Source of the DNA: Candidatus Hodarchaeum mangrovi
GTDB lineage: Archaea; Asgardarchaeota; Heimdallarchaeia; Hodarchaeales; Hodarchaeaceae
NCBI GenBank assembly: GCA_016839515.1
Contig: JAEOUE010000284.1
Location: 1-12,387 of the forward strand
Direction: 5' to 3'
DNA: 12,387 nucleotides
Shown: positions 7,091 through 12,387 of the stretch, one piece after another
Layout of the letters: every line of letters begins with the position of its first letter
How positions within the stretch are numbered: position 1 is the first letter of the stretch
Notes under the pieces: model-generated
Told to the model about the DNA's origin: nothing
Databases searched by the model: none
The model's input: the letters and a program-made list of their open reading frames with translations, nothing else
Program-made: the position numbers and the translations under genes

Positions 7091-9232
7091 TCAATCTTCA
7101 AAAAAGGATCGATATTTTTCGAATATCTCAGTATTTGGGAGCTGTGCAGCCAATTTTTGCGGCTCATTGGTAACAGAACACTCGTCTTCAGGTTCTGTAG
7201 GTATATTGTGTTTAGAAAATAGTTCACGGGTATTTAACGTGTGATATCTCTCTGGTTTGCCAAGACATTCATAGTCAAACTGTATCATAATATTTTCAGG
7301 ATATTCTTCTTTTAATACTAGCCAATCCGCTTCCTCCAAATGAACTTCTTGCTGGTAATAGGGCGTCTCAAATTGAGTAGCCAAGACTTTTTTCACTAGA
7401 TAGAAGCGATAATAAATATAAATCATCGCAAAAAGATAAATCCCCACGACCGCATAACCGATGTTTAAGAAAACTCGCAATAAGTAAAACCAATGAGTAA
7501 TGAACATAATAAAAAGCAATGAAGTATATCCTAATACTAAAAACGAGGTCAATCGTAGTTTATAATTAAAAGAGCTAGATGCATCTTGATACTGTTGAAC
7601 GGTAGTCTTGTCATGAACATGGGTTTCGAGGATTTCATATTTTGATTCTAAGAATTCTAATAAGTCAAGGAGGTCTTCATTATGAGCTACATGCAAGTTG
7701 GTATTGTGTTGGTAAGCAAACGGAAGGGTTTTTTCCATAAAATGCGGAGTTTCTTTTGTAAGTAAAATAGGTTCGATGAATATTTTGTATTGTTCTTGTC
7801 CTGAAGTGAGATATAACCGTTTTTGTTCTACACTTTTTTCTACAGCTAAATGTAAGTTCAAATATTTGTTTAAAAACTGAAAAAAACTGCCTTCTGATAT
7901 AATGTCATGGAAAATTACATCTCGACAAGCTAAAAGTTCCTGAACCGAATGAATTTCACTATTTTGATGGATTTGTGATTTCACCCTATTTTCAGAAACT
8001 ACTAGCATTCCTTCCTGGTTTTCTATTCGAACAGGCAAGAGCAAAAATAATTTAATATTTTTCTCAAGGGGGATTATTTTGTAAGCTAGATGGTTAATAG
8101 AATGAAATCTATGGTTTGGAATTAAGTGATATCCCTGCTCTTTAAGACTATTTTCTACTTCCTTAGCTATGCTTATTTGAAGAACAGATTTTGCTTTAGA
8201 TGAAGAGGGTATTACTTTAGGATGAGAGGATGACGTTTTTTCTGGTTCTCCAAATTCAGGTATAATAGATTCACGATTATTCTTATCAATATTGAGAGAA
8301 GCATCGGAATAATTATTATCTATAAGGGGATATGGTTCTATCACTCTAGTGGTATCTTTGTTCTGTGTTTGCTCTTCTGGTTCTTCATAATTTTTTACAT
8401 ACATAAGTGGAGGTTCAATAGGGGCTACATCTTGGGTATTAGATTTTGACTTAGGGGGTTGAACTCCAGTAAGACGAGAATATTGATACCTTGTATCAAA
8501 CCTTGAGTTTTGCTTAATTGAATCCTTCGGGAGATCGTCATCGTCATCATCTTCCTCTTCTAATTTATCTAGATCTGTTATAACATGTTCTTTACCGATT
8601 TCCATTTTTATTGCATCTTGCACAGAATTGAGAGATGATGGTTCACGATCTAATAATTTTTGATAGGGGGTAGACTCTTCACCCTCTACTAGCTTTTTTG
8701 GAGTAATTAGGGTGGCTTCTTCAGATTTGGTTCCTATATCTCCTTGATGTGAAGAAGCAGGCTTCCAAATCTCTCGATCTTCATCTACGTTAATATTTTG
8801 TGTTTGTAAATAGGATTTAGCATCTTCTATAAGTTTGGTTGCTGTTGCCAGCCCAAATCCTTTTATAGACGCCACTTCTTGAGGCTCGGATCGTGCAAGT
8901 TGTTGTATTGATAAAAATCCGGCATTGGCTAGTTTCTGAGCTGCGGACGGCCCTATTCCTTTTAGAACGGTAAAATCATGAACTACATTCATTGCTATAT
9001 CTTCATTGAACTCGTCATCGAGGTCATCAACGTGAAGGGCTACCTCTATTTGTAATCGTAGCTCCTCAAACTGATTTACCCACTCTTCAAGACTATTATA
9101 CTGAGCTACGTGTTTTCCTTTCTGTGCTAATGTTAAAGCTTGAGTAAAGTCTTCTGTTTCAATGGCTTGGAGAACTCCTTCATAGATATAGTCTAAATCC
9201 AAGCTTTTCTCTGCTGGTTGTATTACGGTCAT
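7091..9232 (-). CDS. Membrane-anchored tandem helix-hairpin-helix domain protein, about 713 aa
   Basis: FTVLKGIGPSAAQKLANAGFLSIQQLARSEPQEVASIKGFGLATATKLIEDAK (8816-8974) is a double HhH resembling the RadA/Rad51 N-terminal domain. It is followed by a long acidic low-complexity linker, a globular alpha/beta domain and a TM hairpin near 7400-7555. I prefer the ATG at 9232 over the track's TTG at 9241. Confidence 0.85.
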   Translation of the reverse strand: MTVIQPAEKSLDLDYIYEGVLQAIETEDFTQALTLAQKGKHVAQYNSLEEWVNQFEELRLQIEVALHVDDLDDEFNEDIAMNVVHDFTVLKGIGPSAAQKLANAGFLSIQQLARSEPQEVASIKGFGLATATKLIEDAKSYLQTQNINVDEDREIWKPASSHQGDIGTKSEEATLITPKKLVEGEESTPYQKLLDREPSSLNSVQDAIKMEIGKEHVITDLDKLEEEDDDDDDLPKDSIKQNSRFDTRYQYSRLTGVQPPKSKSNTQDVAPIEPPLMYVKNYEEPEEQTQNKDTTRVIEPYPLIDNNYSDASLNIDKNNRESIIPEFGEPEKTSSSHPKVIPSSSKAKSVLQISIAKEVENSLKEQGYHLIPNHRFHSINHLAYKIIPLEKNIKLFLLLPVRIENQEGMLVVSENRVKSQIHQNSEIHSVQELLACRDVIFHDIISEGSFFQFLNKYLNLHLAVEKSVEQKRLYLTSGQEQYKIFIEPILLTKETPHFMEKTLPFAYQHNTNLHVAHNEDLLDLLEFLESKYEILETHVHDKTTVQQYQDASSSFNYKLRLTSFLVLGYTSLLFIMFITHWFYLLRVFLNIGYAVVGIYLFAMIYIYYRFYLVKKVLATQFETPYYQQEVHLEEADWLVLKEEYPENIMIQFDYECLGKPERYHTLNTRELFSKHNIPTEPEDECSVTNEPQKLAAQLPNTEIFEKYRSFFED

Positions 9233-9260
9233 AAGGATCAAAGATGATATTTTTTACCTG

Positions 9261-9268
9261 CTTATAAA
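9261..9268 (-). promoter_or_regulatory. Putative TATA box (TTTATAAG) for the HhH gene
   Basis: Lies 29-36 nt upstream of the ATG at 9232, which fits a near-leaderless transcript. Confidence 0.45.
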
Positions 9269-9290
9269 GGAAAAAAATAAAGGAAAAAAA
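9265..9290. repeat. Perfect tandem 13-bp repeat, TAAAGGAAAAAAA x2
   Basis: Copies at 9265-9277 and 9278-9290, overlapping the putative minus-strand TATA box. Low complexity. Confidence 0.7.
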
Positions 9291-9501
9291 AGAATGAGCT
9301 TGAGACACTAGGATAAACATAAGGATAATTAAAAAAATAGAAGCATTTTTTTTCGATTTTTTTGTTTATATAGAAGTATTAGATATCAGAGATTATGGAT
9401 AGCCATGGATTTCTTCATAATTACTTCATATCACTTTTAATATGTTATCTTATTTTTATTGTTTAGAAGGAACTATGTTGGAATCCCTTCTTCTTTTTTT
9501 C

Positions 9502-9509
9502 TTTATATA
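9502..9509 (+). promoter_or_regulatory. Putative TATA box (TTTATATA) for the small metal-binding gene and helicase
   Basis: Consensus archaeal TATA 23-30 nt upstream of the ATG at 9532, the spacing expected for a leaderless mRNA. Confidence 0.55.
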
Positions 9510-9531
9510 CCGTCAATAAATCTTGTTGATA

Positions 9532-9867
9532 ATGACGTATGAAACTTCTGAAGTACAAGACCAAGAAGGAGATCGGGGGGATAGGACGGTATTACCTTGC
9601 ATCCATGAATGTCCTTTGTGTAAAAAGAAAGTGCGTATATCCATCGATTTTACTAAATTAGAACAACATTATAGTGAATTGGATGAAGTTATTCCGCATA
9701 TTATCCTTCATGGAGAACCCCTTCATGCGATGTTGTGCTATGTAGATAGGCATATGGAAGTACGAGGAAACGGATATGTGGTGAGTATCGGAATCTCCAG
9801 GGATTCGAATACATATCAACAATTTACACGACTTTGGTCTCGTTCTAGCAGTGAATGTATAGAATAG
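9532..9867 (+). CDS. Small putative zinc-binding protein (CxxC plus His cluster), about 111 aa
   Basis: CPLC...PHIILHGEPLHAMLCYVDRHMEVRG. ATG at 9532 preferred over TTG at 9523 because of TATA spacing. Followed 21 bp later by the helicase gene. Confidence 0.8.
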   Translation: MTYETSEVQDQEGDRGDRTVLPCIHECPLCKKKVRISIDFTKLEQHYSELDEVIPHIILHGEPLHAMLCYVDRHMEVRGNGYVVSIGISRDSNTYQQFTRLWSRSSSECIE

Positions 9868-9888
9868 AGCTATTATAGGGTATTTTAA

Positions 9889-12387
9889 ATGAGTTTATCA
9901 AATTTTACAGAACCTAATGAATCTGAAGAAAAAGATAAGGAAATTTTTCAGTTTATTTCAGATAAACGCATTTTACGGGTATTATTCGAGCAGAAAATTT
10001 TTACCCTTCGAGACATCCAAAAAGAGGCCATCAAAAAAGGATTATTCTTCCGCAAGTCTTTCTTAGTTTGCGCTCCGAGTGGAAGTGGAAAAACCTTAAT
10101 AGGTGAGATCTGTGCCGTAAATAATGTATTTCAGAATTTTGGAAAGAGTGTATACCTAGTTCCTTTTAAAGCACTAGCCACTGAAAAGTATATCCATTTC
10201 AAGAAACGATATGATCGCTTTGGGATAAAAGTGGAGCTTTCAATCGGTGACTATGATGTTGATGATACGAAATTGGAAAAGGCAGATTTGATTATAAGCA
10301 GTTTTGAAAAAATGGATTCTATTTTAAGAAATTTTTATGATAAAGACTGGATTTTTGAGATTTCTACGATTATTATTGATGAGATACATATTGTAGGGGA
10401 GGATTCACGTGGTTCACGATTGGAGTCGTTAATTGTGCGATTAAATGAATTTTTGCATAATCCTCAGCTTATTGGGTTATCTGCGACCATTGCTAACCCC
10501 GAGTTTTTTAATAAATGGCTCTCATCCTTAGGAAATACGACTACTCTTCTTTTTTCCGAAAAGCGACCTGTACCCTTACATTATAAGTTGGAAATTACAC
10601 AGAATAAAGACTCAACTATCAAAAAATTGGTCAAAACTACTCTCGAAAATAATGGGCAAGTCTTAATTTTTCTTAATAAGCGAAAATCAGCCCAGCAGAC
10701 CGCCCAAAATTTGAGAAATCTAGTGCGAATGCACATCGATACAACTGATTTAAAAACATGTAACCAACTTGAGAGTAAATTAAAGAATATTAAGGGAGGA
10801 CATCCTGAATTGCGTAAAGTAGTAAAAAATGGCGTTGCGTTCCACCATGCAGGGCTTCTTCCTCGAGAGCGGAAATTAATTGAAGATTCATATCGAAAAC
10901 ATGATATTAAGGTAATGTGTGCAACTACTACACTCTCCGCGGGTATTAACGTCCCAGCACGAGTAGTGATTCTTAAAGATTTTAAAAAATATATTACTTC
11001 AGGCCATAATATTAAGAACTTTAATGGATTCCACGAAAATGGAGACGGATTCAGTTATTTTTTACCATTTTCCGCAAATGAAGTATTTCAGATGTTAGGG
11101 AGAGCCGGACGCCCCGGGCTTGATAAAGTGGGTTATGGTATTATTTTAGCGAAAGATATCGATGAACGAGATTGGATTGAAGACCACTATTTTCAAGGGC
11201 ACTATAGTACAGAATATTTTCCCAAGTATAATGACCTTGTTTCAGGATTAAATAAAATATACACATTAAGAGAACAAGTACTTCTGCGTATTTATGAAGA
11301 AAGTCAGCTCTCCTTAGAGAGTTTAAAGACGTTTTTTGAGAAGACTTATTTTTGGTATGGAGTACAACATACGATGAAAGACCAGCATATCCCTATTGAG
11401 CAATTCCTCCTTATTAAAGAGATTACCCCTTTGAATATTTTGAAGTTACACGCTGAACCCGAAAAAGTTAAGAATTTACGTGTTGCTAATCATCAGATAA
11501 AAATTACGAAACTTACCAGCTCCAATCTCTCAGGGTATGTAAAGACTAATTTTGGAGTTTTTTTTTGTGAATTTGATCTAGAAATGGGCATTCGTTGTAC
11601 TTGTGGGTTTGAGAACGGTATCTCTAATGCATATTCTGATGAGCAGTTTGCTTTCTCGTTTTGCGACCATATAACCGCCTTCCTTTTACATTTGATCGAG
11701 ATCCCTGACGCTAACTTTTCAAAATACGTAAATGATATTATTCCCAAATCCATTAAACATCAGTACATTTTGAATTATCTCTTGGAGAAGGGATTAATTT
11801 TAAAACAGAACGATGGAACTTTTAAATGTACACAGTTTGGTAAGCTTATCATTAGACTGTATCTCTATCCTGTATCAGGGGTTCTTATCCGGTATAAATT
11901 AGAGCATACAGAAATGAGCTCTTTTCGCGACATTGTGAGAGAAGCTTATGAAGTGTTAAAAGCGGAAGGAAAGGTAAGAGATGATCGTATGCTAAATCCC
12001 TTAATGGATTGGATCGATGAAGTTCCAATCGACGATATCCTTGCTAACTATAAAATTATGGCAGGAGATCTATACACGGTTAGAGATAACTTAGAAAGAA
12101 TTATTACGTTTATTGGCATTATTGCTATCCATCTTAGTGAAAATGATATCGAGATTCAAGACTCTATGATTCAAATAGCAGAAAAGTGCGAAACACTAAA
12201 AATCCGTATTCATTATGGTATCCAAGAAGAATTATTTGACTTAATTTTACGGTTAGATAATGTAGGGCGAGTTCGAGCGCGATTATTGTTCGATGCAGGA
12301 TATCATACCGCAACCCAAGTCAGAAAGGAAAACCCCTTTATTTTAAATCGTAAAACAGGGATTGGAATAAACCTCTGTAAAAAAATA
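9889..12387 (+). CDS. hel308: Hel308/Hjm-type Ski2-like SF2 DNA helicase with inserted SWIM zinc finger, 3'-truncated (833 codons in window)
   Basis: Translated by hand from ATG 9889 with no stop before the window end. Q motif LRDIQ; Walker A APSGSGKT (10072-10095); Ia VPFKALATEK; DEIH (10378-10389); SAT (10480-10488); RPVPL; IV IFLNKRK; FHHAGL; V ATTTLSAGINVPA; VI QMLGRAGRPG (from 11089); WH end TQFGKLIIRLYLYP; ratchet DWIDE...AGDL; domain-5 HhH NVGRVRARLLFDAG (RAR at 12274-12282). It may be a paralog of the housekeeping hel308 rather than the ortholog. Confidence 0.93.
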   Translation, partial: MSLSNFTEPNESEEKDKEIFQFISDKRILRVLFEQKIFTLRDIQKEAIKKGLFFRKSFLVCAPSGSGKTLIGEICAVNNVFQNFGKSVYLVPFKALATEKYIHFKKRYDRFGIKVELSIGDYDVDDTKLEKADLIISSFEKMDSILRNFYDKDWIFEISTIIIDEIHIVGEDSRGSRLESLIVRLNEFLHNPQLIGLSATIANPEFFNKWLSSLGNTTTLLFSEKRPVPLHYKLEITQNKDSTIKKLVKTTLENNGQVLIFLNKRKSAQQTAQNLRNLVRMHIDTTDLKTCNQLESKLKNIKGGHPELRKVVKNGVAFHHAGLLPRERKLIEDSYRKHDIKVMCATTTLSAGINVPARVVILKDFKKYITSGHNIKNFNGFHENGDGFSYFLPFSANEVFQMLGRAGRPGLDKVGYGIILAKDIDERDWIEDHYFQGHYSTEYFPKYNDLVSGLNKIYTLREQVLLRIYEESQLSLESLKTFFEKTYFWYGVQHTMKDQHIPIEQFLLIKEITPLNILKLHAEPEKVKNLRVANHQIKITKLTSSNLSGYVKTNFGVFFCEFDLEMGIRCTCGFENGISNAYSDEQFAFSFCDHITAFLLHLIEIPDANFSKYVNDIIPKSIKHQYILNYLLEKGLILKQNDGTFKCTQFGKLIIRLYLYPVSGVLIRYKLEHTEMSSFRDIVREAYEVLKAEGKVRDDRMLNPLMDWIDEVPIDDILANYKIMAGDLYTVRDNLERIITFIGIIAIHLSENDIEIQDSMIQIAEKCETLKIRIHYGIQEELFDLILRLDNVGRVRARLLFDAGYHTATQVRKENPFILNRKTGIGINLCKKI

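Noticed and set aside
7042-7227. 61-aa ORF overlapping the end of the HhH gene
   Set aside because: It is an alternative-frame overlap, and its Phe-rich end is only the translation of intergenic T-tracts.
8534-8560. Trinucleotide-like repeat (tca/tcg/ttc)
   Set aside because: It encodes the EEEDDDDDD acidic run with mixed codons, so it is protein-level low complexity and not a DNA repeat element.
8816-8974. radA/rad51 annotation for the HhH gene
   Set aside because: Only the N-terminal-like HhH pair matches. No Walker motifs or RecA core follow, and the protein has TM segments.
11493-11753. 86-aa minus-strand ORF
   Set aside because: It is antisense to the well-supported helicase frame, across the SWIM insertion.
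11359-11766. Intein as the explanation for the helicase insertion
   Set aside because: I see no Cys/Ser-start with His-Asn-end splice junctions and no LAGLIDADG motifs. The Cys/His pattern fits SWIM.
1-12387. CRISPR array, tRNA/rRNA genes, IS elements
   Set aside because: The window is almost entirely coding. The few intergenic gaps show no repeat-spacer pattern, cloverleaf, GC-rich structured RNA or terminal inverted repeats by eye.

Overview
AT-rich window of archaeal character, probably from an Asgard (Lokiarchaeia-like) genome. That taxonomy is inferred from protein style, TATA boxes and T-tract terminators and is not proven. From left to right: (1) the 3' part of a ThiF/MoeB/E1-like gene on the + strand, open from base 1. 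(2) A convergent minus-strand run of five genes read from 9232 down to 602: a membrane-anchored helix-hairpin-helix protein, a 4-TM protein with claudin-like topology, a helical protein with a C-terminal TM hairpin, a 1277-aa membrane-anchored HerA/VirB4-like protein whose ATPase motifs are all degenerate, and a coiled-coil protein with a HEPN-like R-x4-H motif. (3) A divergent promoter region of about 300 bp. (4) A small CxxC/His metal-binding protein followed by a Hel308/Hjm-type Ski2-like helicase (9889 to the window end). The helicase is missing from the supplied ORF track because it has no stop codon in the window. It carries a SWIM zinc-finger domain inserted inside its winged-helix domain. 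I saw no RNA genes, CRISPR array, transposase or integrase. The main hypothesis is an undescribed membrane-tethered DNA-handling complex built partly from inactivated enzyme folds, next to a remodelled Hel308.
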